Positions 1 through 11,300 of a DNA stretch of 64,000 bases are shown here, piece by piece. The stretch comes from a virus. Within the stretch, counting starts at the first letter, position 1. Each line of letters opens with the position of its first letter. The position numbers were made by a program, and so were the translations under genes. The DNA lies in the IMG/VR virus record IMGVR_UViG_3300028027_000002, positions 47,871 through 111,870 of that record; one strand, given 5' to 3'. The notes under the pieces were generated by a model. That model had not been told where the DNA came from. It saw nothing but the letters and a program-made list of their open reading frames with translations, and did no database searches.

Positions 1-3000
1 AAACCTAAAACTCCAATTACACCAGAGTTTAGAGCAGTTTCTGCTGCAGGTTTTGAGGGAATTACACAAGAAACAAATAAAGAACTAGACCTAGGCACAG
101 CAAGTGTTACTAAGTTTGTTGATGAATTTACTAATTTAGATCCAATTGAAAAGTGGGGGACAAGTCTTAGAAATGCTGGACTTGATATTGATGCTCATGC
201 AGAAGATATCAGGCAACTCGATGCAATTTATCAAGAGCACCTAAGAACTTTTGCTGAGAGTAACACCTCTGGTGTAATGAGTGACTCAGACCTAGCAACA
301 ATTAGAGAGCAAGCACTAAATGATCCTAGGTCAAATCCAACTGTAGTCGCAGCAGCAAGAAGATCTTCTAATAATGTTTCAGGAATAAGATCAAGCGGTG
401 TTGGACAAGAGCAAGAAGATATGATTATGGAGGCATACGCAAATGGAGAGATCCCTCTTCCAGAAGGTGTAGACTCTGTACCTGAAAAATTATTTCCAAA
501 ATCAGGCTCAGCAATTGGTGGAGAAGCAGGAAGAAAGAAAAGACTTGGAGTATTTGATCAAGAAGTAGAAGATCAGTTAGCCCCACTTGTTGTTGCTACT
601 CCAGAAGCAGAAGCAAATGCTGAAGCAGAAGGTGAAAAGATTGGTAAAGCGGCGACAAGAGGTGTAAAGAAGGGTGCAAAAACAGAATCTCCTTCTACAG
701 ATGGAATTGAAGTTGGTAAGGATATTGCAGAAGGGGTTGTCATTGGTTTGCAAGAAGGAGAGGCTTCAGTTGCTTCTCAGGGTGCACAACTTGGTTCTTC
801 TGCTGTACCTAAAAAACCAAGAACTGCAGCAGAAACACAAGCAAGAGTTGATAAGATGGATCTTGACAACAAGGCTTTCTACGATGACCTTGATACTCCA
901 GAATTTCGTGATGAAAGACAAGTTCTTAAGTCTTTAGATAGACAAAGAAGAAAGCGTGGCGCTACGGGAACCGTAGGCAGTGGTCCAGCAACACCACCAG
1001 TCCCAGGACCATCTTCTTTAACTGTTGCCTCAACAGCAAGAACTGAAGCAGCAGCAGAAGATTTAGCGGTAAGTACAGAGCAGGCTGCAACAGCGCAAGC
1101 ACAAGTTGTGCAGCAAATTAATGATGAAAGTAGATCAAGAGTTACTATCAAGGGTAATACTGTTAACATTCAAAAGGCTCGTGAAGAAGCAGACAAGGCT
1201 GAAAACGAAGCAGCAATTACAAGAGCACGTGCCCATGCACTTGAAAGTGAGCAGTTAAAGCAAAAGAAGTCTAATTCACCAACCACCATCACTGATGAAC
1301 AAGTCCTGGCTGCTAAAGAAAAGGCTAATGCTGCAGAACTAGAGTATGCAAGAATAAGACAAGAACTAGCAGAGCAAGGAATCACTGCAGCACAACCAGG
1401 AGAGATGCAAGAAGTTGCTATACAGGATCCAGTTAAGACTCCAGCAAAGGTTAAAAAAGCAGAAGATATTATTTCTAACGGAACAGTCGAGCAAGGAGAT
1501 GGCCTAAGACGAATTGTTGATGGCACAGAGGACACAGCAGATTCAACTCTGCTAGTTGCAGAACAAACAGATGAGATTGCAACAGTAACTGGAGATATTA
1601 TTCCAGCACAGACAGATAACTTAGATAATGTGATAACAACAGCATCACTAAACGATGCAATTGTAAACACTACTGGAGATATTCACGGATCAACAATAGA
1701 AACAGCAATGTCTCAAGAAGAAATAGTTGCACTACAAGAACAAGAACAGGTTTTAAGAGAGCAATTAAATGCAAATCTTAGACGACAAAGTGATGCTGTT
1801 TTATCAGGTAGTGACCTTAGCCCAACAGGTAAAAGGAGACTAACCGAGCAGGAAGCACTAGACGAAGCATTTGGAAGAGATCCAGGAACAAATGGACCAG
1901 ACGACTTAGGTCAAAAGGGGTACACAAGAAATAAAAAGGGAGAAATATTATTTGATCCAGAAACTGGTCAGCCAACAACTATGGATGAAAAACAAATAAC
2001 TAAAAAGAAACGTGGTATGCGTAAAGAGAAGGTTGGAAAGTTTTCTGGTAAAGCAGCAGGTGCTTTGGGTATGGCAACAATGGTTGCTGGAGCAGTTGGT
2101 GCACCACCACAAGTTACAGCAGCATTAGGAACAGCAGCGACAGTTGCACAATTTGCCCCAATGATTGCTGGAATGGGTCCAGTAGGTCTAGCAGTTACTG
2201 CAATCGCAGCAGTTGGTGTTGGTCTGATGGCATTGAATAAGAGACTTCAAGCGTCCTATGATGCTCAAGCAAAGTTTGTTCGTGAAACATCTGCATCAAC
2301 AAAGAAGATGGCAGAAATCGGAGCAATCACTGGTAAAGTTGGTGCTTCTGAAATTATGGCCAAAAAGAGGGCAACTGGAACCACAAGAGACTATATTGTT
2401 AGAGAAAGAGCGGGATCTTCATTTGGAGACACCTTTATGCAATCTGATACTGGTAAAGCAATGTCAAAAACTCTTCAGGCAAATATTACAAAGTCTGGAG
2501 CAAAAGAAGCAGCAGAAACATTTGCAACTGAGATCGCAGCATATGTTCAAGATGGAGTTTTAACTGCAGAGCAGGCTCAGGACATTGCATATCAAATTGG
2601 TGTTAACTTTAAAGATACATCTCTTGGAATTAAAGTTGATGCAAACCTTTCAGCATTAATCGGACCAAATGGAGAAGATCTTGCAAAAGATCCTATGGTT
2701 GTCGGAATGAGGCTTGTACAGTCTGCAGAAAGAGGCTCTTTAAATTCAGTTAAAAGTATTGATGAAGCAAAAAGCCATGGTCTATCTGGAGCAACAGAAG
2801 CAGCAGATCTTGGTGCAAGAGAGGCCGTTGCTATGCAGATGGCTCAGATGCAAGCAGACGCAGTTGCCAGAAGGTACGATGATGAAATCAGAGCATTAGA
2901 AGCACAAGTTGCACAAACTAAAAATAAACAAGAACAGATAAAACTTGAAGATAAACTAACTGCTCTAAAAGAAAAAGCATATGATGCAGAATCTCAGATG

Positions 3001-6000
3001 AACAACATAGTTGCTAATCAAACAGATATGGCAATGCAAAGATTTACTGAAGAAATTCAGCACCAAAGTGTAGTTTGGGATGCTGTAACACTTGGACTGT
3101 ATAAACTTTGGGGAGCAGGAAACCAAAGAGAAGCAGCATATACTCGAGCACTTAATGGGGCAATAACTGATAAGTATGCAAATACAGAACAAGCAACTGA
3201 AGCAGCAACAGTTTCGGACAGACTTGCAAAGTTTGCTGATGGTAAGACTCTTGGTTTTGGTACAAATAATTATGAAGACGCAGGGTTTGCAGGGGGCAAA
3301 GAGGCTCAGCAGTTTGAAGTAAAGATGAAACTATTGATGGCAAATGGAACGCTTACTCCAAACCAAACAACAGCGATGCTTGACTTATTTGAAGGTAACC
3401 TTCCAAGACTTGAAACAGTGTTAGATATTGGAACAAGAATGCACGGAGCATCTGCAACAGCAGAAATTATAATGCTATTGACAAACTTCCAAGATAAAGA
3501 GTATGCACAAAAAATAGCCTTAGAAGTAACTACACAAGACAATGAGTCATTTAAAAAGTTGTCAGATATTTTTGGACTTGCAGCCCAACTTGATGGTAAA
3601 GAAATTAACATGGAAGTTGTTGTTACAGAAGTGGGTGGGGTTGCTGGATTAGAATACTATATTGAAAGACTTGACGAACTTGAAACAAAAATAAAGGGAC
3701 TTAAAGGTAAGTCTATAACACAAGAAGATGTTGCTCAATTTACAAAAGATACAAATGTAAAGGTAGACGACGGTTTCCTTGACTATATAAATACAGAGTT
3801 TAAAGGTGATGGAAAGAAGCAAGCAGATGCAATAAGAGCCTATACCCTTGTATACAAGCAAATTATGTCAATGGACTATGCAAGTGAAGAAGCAAGAGAC
3901 TACTTTAGATCACAAGCAGGTCAGATGGCAGTTGATAAATTAAATGAACTTAGAAAAGCAGGAAATGCTCCAGCAGATATTGAGACATATATAAAGAACC
4001 AAACAGAAATTGAGATTGATGCTTTAATTACAAAAGTAAAGGTCGATCCAACAGCAGTTACAGGTGACAAAGTTGAGACTTATCTAGGAACCAAACCAGT
4101 AGTTGATAGCAATACTGGACCTGGCGGTAATAAAGATGGAGGAACAAAGAAAGAAGATCCTCTAGCATTCTTAGAATCTCTTGCTATGCGTATCAAGATG
4201 GTTAGAGATCAGGCATTTAACGCAAAGAAGCCAATTGAGTCAATGCTTGCAGCATTCAATAGTCCTGCTGCAAAGAAAAATGTTGCAAACATGTTTACAC
4301 TATTTGACGGGTTACAACAAAAACTTATTGCTCTAAAGGTTCCAGAAGAATTTAGAGACTATATTGCAGGATTAGATGCCCAGCAACTTGAGGATTTGAA
4401 AAAGGCTGACCTTGACAAAAAGAAAAAGGGACAGCAAGGAATATTCCTTTATGGTGAAAAGAAAGACAAAGATGGAAAAACTGTAAAGGATAAAAAGGGT
4501 AATGTTGTTTATGATACTTCAAGAATTGTTGGAATATCAAAAGAAGGTAAGGCTATTATGGCAGCCTATAACGAAGCCCCACTGGACAAATTTAATATTG
4601 CACAGCGCAAGGTAGTAACTGACACTGACATGCAGTTTAAGGCTTTTAATAAATTAAAGGCAGCAGGAATAGATACAGGAGTTGCTCTAGAAACTGTCTC
4701 AGACTCAGTTCTTGCAGCATCCATTGCTTCAAGTGCTCTACAGGGAACTGACCTAAAAATATTCATTGATGATTTAAAGAAATCTGCATCTGCAGCAGAA
4801 AAGGCTGCTGTCATGGCAGACTTACTAAAAAAGAACGCAGACTTTAAATTTAAGAACGAGACATTCCCTAAACTTGCTTCTTCATTAAAGATTGCAGGGC
4901 TTTCTGCTGAAAACATTGCAACAGTACTTCAAGATCCAGCATTAGCAAAGCAGTTAATGGCAGACCTAGAAGATGGAAAGATAGACTCTAAGGCAATTGC
5001 TGATTACTTAAATAGTATAAAAGAAGAAAAAATTGTTGAGATTCGTGGTAAGTTTAATGCTGGAGATTTTGCTGCAGCAGCAGCACCAGGCATGGAACTT
5101 GTTAACAAGATGTTTGCAACGCAGGAAGCATTGATTAGAACTGGTATTGATGGTAGATCTAAAGCCATGGTTGCAAGACTTAAGGATTTAAAGGAAGTTA
5201 ACGAAAACCTACAACTTGATATACAAAAAATAACTTTTAATCTAATACGACCACTAGAAAAGGCTATTGAGAAGGCAACTAGAGATCTTGAAATAAAGGT
5301 TACTCGGAAGATCGAGGCTTATCAAGAAGAAGTAAGTGACCTTCAAAGAATTATTGAAATTGCTTTTGAAAGACCAATAGCAGCGATCAATGCAGAAAAT
5401 ACAATCATGTCTAATGACATGGAAATAATGAACAAGGCTGCAGAAGAAATCAACAAGAGATATGACGAACAGGCAGAAGCGTTGTCTAAGGTTGCAGCAA
5501 TTAATGCTGAAATTGTTGCCCAAGAAAAGGAACAACTCGATCTAGCAGACGCACTGTCTAAGGGTGATATAGCAGCAGCAGCAAGAGCAGTTCAGTCTAT
5601 ACGAGCATCACAGGCTGCAAAAAATGCAGACAATGCGTCAAAGGCTTTAGAGCAATCACGTAAAAATGAAGTTGATAGTCTTAGAGGTCGTGACTCTGGC
5701 CTAAGCAAAGACGAGATTACTGAAAGACAATATCAGAATGCTCAGGCAATTTATGATCTAGAAAACAGAGCGACAACAGATGTCAACGGCAAGTTGATGA
5801 CAAGGCTTCAAATACTAGATGATATTCAAAAGAAGAATGATGAAATTTATAAACTTGAAGAAGATCGTGAGGCAAGACAACTTGCTATCCGTGCACTTGA
5901 AGATAAGATTTACGATATAAATGAACAACAAATTAAGCCAAAGCAAGATATAATTGACGCCAATGCTCTTCAGATTGCTATAGATGAAGATGCACTACAA

Positions 6001-7737
6001 GACCTTGTAGACAACATTACAGTACTTGGAAAAACAAGAGATGTTTGGGATGGCATATCTGCAAAGATTGAAGCGTCATCTCTTGCTGGACAAGACTTTG
6101 ATGGATTAATGGGTGGAATGCTTGCGTCTGTTGATCAAATCGATAAGGGCTGGAAGAGCATAGAAAACACACTAAGTAAGTATTCTTCAGAATCCGCTGC
6201 AGCAGAAGGCTCAGCAATGGATGCAATGAGAGATAGACTCAACGAAGAACTTGCCTTAAATGAAAAAATTGCAAAAGAAAGAGCAGATGCTGCAAAGGCT
6301 GCACAACTTGCAGCAGAACAAAAATACGCAACTGACAAGGCTGCATACGATGCAGAAGTTGCTAACATCAAAAAACTAAGGGGTTATGGGGTTCCAAGTT
6401 TTATTACGGACTCAATGGAGGCAGCACTAAAGGCACCAGTTGCTCCAGGCCCAACTTCAGCAGCCGATAATCCGAATGTAGACTACAACGACCCTACAAA
6501 AAATGCTGCAAATGATATTTATAAAACTGGATTATTTGATGGTAAAACAACAAGTAGTGCTGGAGGAAAATCTAGTACTACTGGTGGTGGAACTACTGGT
6601 GGTGGAACTACTGGTGGTGGAACAACTGGTGGTGGAACAACTGGTGGAACAACTGACCCAGTTCCAAGTCCTGGGCAAAAGACTCCTCCAGGAGGGGTAA
6701 AGAAAAATACTAATGCTGATACTGCTGCAGGTACAGCAATGACCCAAGAAGAAAAAGCAATTTTGCAAATGGCATCCACAAAACGAATGGATCAACTAAA
6801 AAATATAGCAATTAACAGACCAAAGTTTGCTCTTAGCAACATGAAAATAAAGTATGGAACTAATACTAAAGATAGTGATATATACAAAAACTTAACTGGA
6901 GAAAAAAGAGTATCCTTTGACAAAGACTACGCAGCGTATGAGGCTCTTAAAGAAGAGGCCACTAAATGGACAACAACCGATGATGGAGTTACTACTAGTT
7001 ATGCTTATTCTTCTGCAGCAGGTGAGGCTGAAGAAGCAAGACTTCTTAAACTTTTACCCGATTGGGTGCAAAAAGCGGTAGAGTTAGTAGACAAAAGAAC
7101 TGATCTAGCGAATACAGATTTTGCAAAGTTTAAAGAAGTAAGAGATAGATACTACGATGCAAAAGATGAAATGAAGATTGGGCCCAACTGGTCATTTAAA
7201 GACATTGAAGCATACGAACCATTTATGAAGAAGTATGGAAGTCTATATAGAGAGTATAGAGCAATCCATTCAAAACTACAAGATACAAACAACGCCACGG
7301 ACTTGGCCAGAGAGAACCTACTTAAGGCTGGATACAATGACCAAAACTTAGGCTGGGCTTTTAAGAGTGCTACAAGTGCTTACCGATTTACTAATCAAAC
7401 ACCAAAAGGCTTTGTGCCATCTACTAGTTTTAATTATTATTCTAAGGGTGGGTCTGTTGCTTCTAGATTTGCACAAAGTGGATTAAGTATAGGAACAGAC
7501 ACGGTTCCAGCCATGCTTACTCCTGGTGAGTTTGTCATGAGTAAGTTTGCTGTACAATCACATGGCACAGAAAAAATGAAGGCAATAAATAATGGCTCAT
7601 CAGTAGGTGACGCAGTGTATAATTATAGTATTAGCGTAAATGTTAAGTCTGAGTCAAACCCAGATGAGATAGCAAGAACAGTCATTGCCCAGATAAAGAG
7701 CGTTGACGCACAGAAGATTAGAGGAGTTAGAATATAA
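1..7737 (+). CDS. Tail tape measure protein (5' truncated; frame is open from base 1)
   Basis: >2500 aa, Ala-rich/coiled-coil, hydrophobic segment around aa 590-650, C-terminal GTDTVPAMLTPGEFV motif typical of tape measure proteins; followed by tail genes; no stop in frame 1 between 1 and 277. Confidence 0.85.
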   Translation, partial: KPKTPITPEFRAVSAAGFEGITQETNKELDLGTASVTKFVDEFTNLDPIEKWGTSLRNAGLDIDAHAEDIRQLDAIYQEHLRTFAESNTSGVMSDSDLATIREQALNDPRSNPTVVAAARRSSNNVSGIRSSGVGQEQEDMIMEAYANGEIPLPEGVDSVPEKLFPKSGSAIGGEAGRKKRLGVFDQEVEDQLAPLVVATPEAEANAEAEGEKIGKAATRGVKKGAKTESPSTDGIEVGKDIAEGVVIGLQEGEASVASQGAQLGSSAVPKKPRTAAETQARVDKMDLDNKAFYDDLDTPEFRDERQVLKSLDRQRRKRGATGTVGSGPATPPVPGPSSLTVASTARTEAAAEDLAVSTEQAATAQAQVVQQINDESRSRVTIKGNTVNIQKAREEADKAENEAAITRARAHALESEQLKQKKSNSPTTITDEQVLAAKEKANAAELEYARIRQELAEQGITAAQPGEMQEVAIQDPVKTPAKVKKAEDIISNGTVEQGDGLRRIVDGTEDTADSTLLVAEQTDEIATVTGDIIPAQTDNLDNVITTASLNDAIVNTTGDIHGSTIETAMSQEEIVALQEQEQVLREQLNANLRRQSDAVLSGSDLSPTGKRRLTEQEALDEAFGRDPGTNGPDDLGQKGYTRNKKGEILFDPETGQPTTMDEKQITKKKRGMRKEKVGKFSGKAAGALGMATMVAGAVGAPPQVTAALGTAATVAQFAPMIAGMGPVGLAVTAIAAVGVGLMALNKRLQASYDAQAKFVRETSASTKKMAEIGAITGKVGASEIMAKKRATGTTRDYIVRERAGSSFGDTFMQSDTGKAMSKTLQANITKSGAKEAAETFATEIAAYVQDGVLTAEQAQDIAYQIGVNFKDTSLGIKVDANLSALIGPNGEDLAKDPMVVGMRLVQSAERGSLNSVKSIDEAKSHGLSGATEAADLGAREAVAMQMAQMQADAVARRYDDEIRALEAQVAQTKNKQEQIKLEDKLTALKEKAYDAESQMNNIVANQTDMAMQRFTEEIQHQSVVWDAVTLGLYKLWGAGNQREAAYTRALNGAITDKYANTEQATEAATVSDRLAKFADGKTLGFGTNNYEDAGFAGGKEAQQFEVKMKLLMANGTLTPNQTTAMLDLFEGNLPRLETVLDIGTRMHGASATAEIIMLLTNFQDKEYAQKIALEVTTQDNESFKKLSDIFGLAAQLDGKEINMEVVVTEVGGVAGLEYYIERLDELETKIKGLKGKSITQEDVAQFTKDTNVKVDDGFLDYINTEFKGDGKKQADAIRAYTLVYKQIMSMDYASEEARDYFRSQAGQMAVDKLNELRKAGNAPADIETYIKNQTEIEIDALITKVKVDPTAVTGDKVETYLGTKPVVDSNTGPGGNKDGGTKKEDPLAFLESLAMRIKMVRDQAFNAKKPIESMLAAFNSPAAKKNVANMFTLFDGLQQKLIALKVPEEFRDYIAGLDAQQLEDLKKADLDKKKKGQQGIFLYGEKKDKDGKTVKDKKGNVVYDTSRIVGISKEGKAIMAAYNEAPLDKFNIAQRKVVTDTDMQFKAFNKLKAAGIDTGVALETVSDSVLAASIASSALQGTDLKIFIDDLKKSASAAEKAAVMADLLKKNADFKFKNETFPKLASSLKIAGLSAENIATVLQDPALAKQLMADLEDGKIDSKAIADYLNSIKEEKIVEIRGKFNAGDFAAAAAPGMELVNKMFATQEALIRTGIDGRSKAMVARLKDLKEVNENLQLDIQKITFNLIRPLEKAIEKATRDLEIKVTRKIEAYQEEVSDLQRIIEIAFERPIAAINAENTIMSNDMEIMNKAAEEINKRYDEQAEALSKVAAINAEIVAQEKEQLDLADALSKGDIAAAARAVQSIRASQAAKNADNASKALEQSRKNEVDSLRGRDSGLSKDEITERQYQNAQAIYDLENRATTDVNGKLMTRLQILDDIQKKNDEIYKLEEDREARQLAIRALEDKIYDINEQQIKPKQDIIDANALQIAIDEDALQDLVDNITVLGKTRDVWDGISAKIEASSLAGQDFDGLMGGMLASVDQIDKGWKSIENTLSKYSSESAAAEGSAMDAMRDRLNEELALNEKIAKERADAAKAAQLAAEQKYATDKAAYDAEVANIKKLRGYGVPSFITDSMEAALKAPVAPGPTSAADNPNVDYNDPTKNAANDIYKTGLFDGKTTSSAGGKSSTTGGGTTGGGTTGGGTTGGGTTGGTTDPVPSPGQKTPPGGVKKNTNADTAAGTAMTQEEKAILQMASTKRMDQLKNIAINRPKFALSNMKIKYGTNTKDSDIYKNLTGEKRVSFDKDYAAYEALKEEATKWTTTDDGVTTSYAYSSAAGEAEEARLLKLLPDWVQKAVELVDKRTDLANTDFAKFKEVRDRYYDAKDEMKIGPNWSFKDIEAYEPFMKKYGSLYREYRAIHSKLQDTNNATDLARENLLKAGYNDQNLGWAFKSATSAYRFTNQTPKGFVPSTSFNYYSKGGSVASRFAQSGLSIGTDTVPAMLTPGEFVMSKFAVQSHGTEKMKAINNGSSVGDAVYNYSISVNVKSESNPDEIARTVIAQIKSVDAQKIRGVRI
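6577..6655 (+). repeat. 15-nt tandem repeat (ACTGGTGGTGGAACW) encoding (TGGGT)n linker in tape measure
   Basis: Seen directly: TTGGGTTGGGTTGGGTTGGGTTGGTT. Confidence 0.9.
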
Positions 7738-8396
7738 TGGCAACTAATGCATATATGGCAGGTCGTAAAAAATATCAAAGACCTCAAGGACTTCTCTTTG
7801 CAGATAACCAGGGTATCAAGGTAGACGGATTTCATATCCCAGAGGGAGACGAGATAGGGTCATTAGCAGCCTCTACAGACGGATATGGAGAGTTCTTAAT
7901 ACTTTCCGATAATAATAGGTCACCCATAGACTTTAAGACCACTAGAATTGAAAAAAGAGAAAGAATGATTAATGGTCGTATGAGGTCTTACCATACTGCT
8001 GACAAACTAACTATTACAGTATCCTGGGATATGCTCCCATCAAGAGCCTATGATACATACGCAGGGTTTAATTCTAATGGAGATCCAAACCTAGTAAAAA
8101 ATATAAATACCAGACCAAACCCATTAGAGTTTACTACAGATGGTGGAGCAGGTGGAGTAGAACTGCTTGACTGGTATAAAAATCATAGCGGATCATTTTG
8201 GGTTTATCTTGCTTACGACAAATACACTAACTTTAAAGACACGTACGAGACTGCACCAGATGAAAGATTTAATAATATAAACAAATATAATGAAGTTATA
8301 GAAGTATTTTTTTCAGACTTTAACTATTCAGTTCAAAAAAGAAGCGGATTAAACTTTGATTTCTGGAATGTATCTTTAACTTTGGAAGAAGTATAA
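7737..8396 (+). CDS. Minor tail / distal tail-like protein
   Basis: Directly downstream of tape measure, TAATG-coupled; ERMINGRMRSYH motif; position-based. Confidence 0.6.
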   Translation: MATNAYMAGRKKYQRPQGLLFADNQGIKVDGFHIPEGDEIGSLAASTDGYGEFLILSDNNRSPIDFKTTRIEKRERMINGRMRSYHTADKLTITVSWDMLPSRAYDTYAGFNSNGDPNLVKNINTRPNPLEFTTDGGAGGVELLDWYKNHSGSFWVYLAYDKYTNFKDTYETAPDERFNNINKYNEVIEVFFSDFNYSVQKRSGLNFDFWNVSLTLEEV

Positions 8397-11300
8397 TGTT
8401 TCAAGACAAAGATTTACTAAATCATATAGAGACAAGTTCGTCTATTAAGACACAGTCTGCAGTTATTGCTGAATGGAATATGAATATACATACAAATATT
8501 CTAGCAGTTGGAAATTATAGGTACCGTCCAAACCAATCATCTTCTATTTATAGAACAATTCCAAATACTTTTGCTTTAGAAAATAAAAATACTACTACAG
8601 CATTCTACTACGGTGCAACTGATGCAGATGTAGTTGTTGACGCAGGGTTTGAAAACAATGACTTACCAATGAGACTTGTTCCTAAAAAAGATAAACTAAA
8701 AATGCTTTACTCTTTAGAAGATTGCTTAAAGTCATTTAGACCAAGGTCTGGAATCAATAAGGCAATGTTTTTGGACGGAAGATTTCTTCACAATCCAGAT
8801 ATAAACATGGCTAGAAAACCAAGATATTATATGCCAGACAAAAATGATCCATTTAAATATTGGACATCATATAGAACTGAAAATGGAACTGAATATGGCA
8901 TATCTAATAAGACAATCAATGGAAGACATGCAATTGAAGATGCTGCTCCATTTGTTGTTTATAAAGAAAAGATTCCAGCAAATAGAATTGTCGTAAAGAT
9001 GCAAACAAACACAGGAGATATTAATTCTGGAGTATACACAAAAAAGTCTGGGTCTTTTTCAGATCCCTATTTTGGAGAACTAAATCAAACCACTCCAAGT
9101 GTTTGGAAAATTCAAGTATTAAAAAATAATAGTTGGGTCGATGCATTATCATTCTCTGATCAAACCAGAAGAAAAGATGGAACACCAATAATACAGTCAG
9201 ATGGATATGTTGAAATATCTTATGGTCTTGTAGTACCAAAAATCTATTCAGAAGTTTTTACTTATCGTGGAGAACTTTCATCAGTATCTCTTAAGCCAAT
9301 TGTTGGAACAAGAGAAGGTGATGCCTTCCTAGTTATTGAAAATTCTGGGGATATTGGAGAGTATCATATTTGGTATAAGGATGAGTGGAAGATATTCGTT
9401 CCAACCTATGGCTGGAAGTTTCAAGAGCCAGAAGTTGATAGTTTTACAAATTTTGTTACTGAGTTGTCAGATCCTACAAAGTATATAGTAAGCGGAGAAA
9501 CAAAATATAAAGAGTTTGAATATATTTCTGGAATAAGAGTTGTTGTTGATAGCATGAAGAAGTTTGACTCATCTTTTGACCTTATCGAACTTTCTCCAAG
9601 ACTGACTGCAGACCTTTCAGACAGGGTAACATCTTTTAATATTAATAAAAGTGCTTCAGATTTAGGTGTAAGCGGTATGCCAGTAGGACAACTTCTTGCT
9701 TCTACTGGTAGCATTTCTTTTTTTGATTTTGATGATTCATTTAACGATAACAACATAAAAAGCATTGTTGCTAATAAAAAAATAAAAAATGTTCAAATTA
9801 AAATATATGAAGTTTTAACAGACGCCATTGGTATAAGTTACTATGTTCCAGTCAAGACAATGTATTCCGATGGATTTCCAAAAACAAACAATCAGTCAAA
9901 AGAGGTTTCTTTAGATTTAAGAGATCTGTATTTTTATTTTGAGTCGCAAACTGCTCCAGAAATATTATCTACAAGCACATCCGTAAGTGCTGCAGTGTCA
10001 TTACTTCTTGACTCTATTGGGTTTTCTAATTACATATTTAAAAGGGTAGAGGGAGAATCTGAAATGGTAATTCCATATTTTTTCATTCCTCCAGACAAAA
10101 GCGTTGCAGAAGTCCTAGAGTCATTAGCCATTTCTACCCAGACAGCAATGTTCTTTGATGAGTATAACAATTTTGTAATGATGAGCAAAGATTATATAAT
10201 GCCAACAGAAGCACAAAGACCTACGGACCTAACATTTTACGGTTCATCAGACTCTGACGATGTCGAAGTTATAAAAAATAAAACAATCAAACCTAAACTT
10301 TCAAACATTATTGAGTTAACTAGTCAAAACAATCAGGTTTATAATGGCGGGCAAATATCCTACACCACAAGGCATATACAAAGATCAGTTGGAACTATTA
10401 AAGAAGCCCTTATGGTTGACAGAGAAAGATCTTATACATATAAACCAGTTCCTCTTTGGGAAGTCTCTGGGACAGAGTTTACAAAATCAATAAACCAAGA
10501 AGTTGGAAACATGTCTAGTTATTCTCTTAGCGCAATACCTTTAAACTCTTCACTCTCTTCTCTGGTTCCAACAGTTTCTAGCGGTAGGATTATTAACAAT
10601 ACTATCGATCTAGGGGAAGCAATATATTATATATCAAGATACAATGGATATTTTTACGCAAATGCAGAAATTATAAAGTATGATGCAGTTCAGTATAATG
10701 TTTCAGGTTCTGGAGATGTATGGATTAACAGTGTTGAGGAATACAGCAAGTACTTTGCGTCACTGCCTTTTAATGGGAAAATATATCCAACAGGTCTTAT
10801 AAGAATATACTCTGAGCCAAACTATGAAGAAGTTAATGGTTTTTCTAGATTAAAAAATGGCGAGGTTGCAAAGCATGGAAGAGGACAGTTTGGAACTCCT
10901 GTTGTAGAGCATACGGCTGGACTAAGTGATCACTGGTCAAACAATGATAACGTAAGAGGATGTAATATGGAATCTAAGTATTTGTTTAGGTTTAATCAGA
11001 CTCTTCCAGCAACGACTCAAGATGTCTCAGCGGGAATCAACAATACTCTTGCTACAAAAACGACTAGAAACGGAATTATTAAAAATTTTTATTCTTCCAA
11101 ATATATTGCAGAGTCTGAGATTAACAAAATGCTTTCAGTTCAGGCAGGCACTGTACAGTCCTCAGCCCTAGTAATGAATGGTGCAGGATTCAAAACAACA
11201 GAATCCCCTACAGACTTTATCTCTTATGTATACAAACCCCTAGACAACAACTATAAGCATTTTGGAACAAGGCTTAGAGTGATAGGAAGAATTAATGATA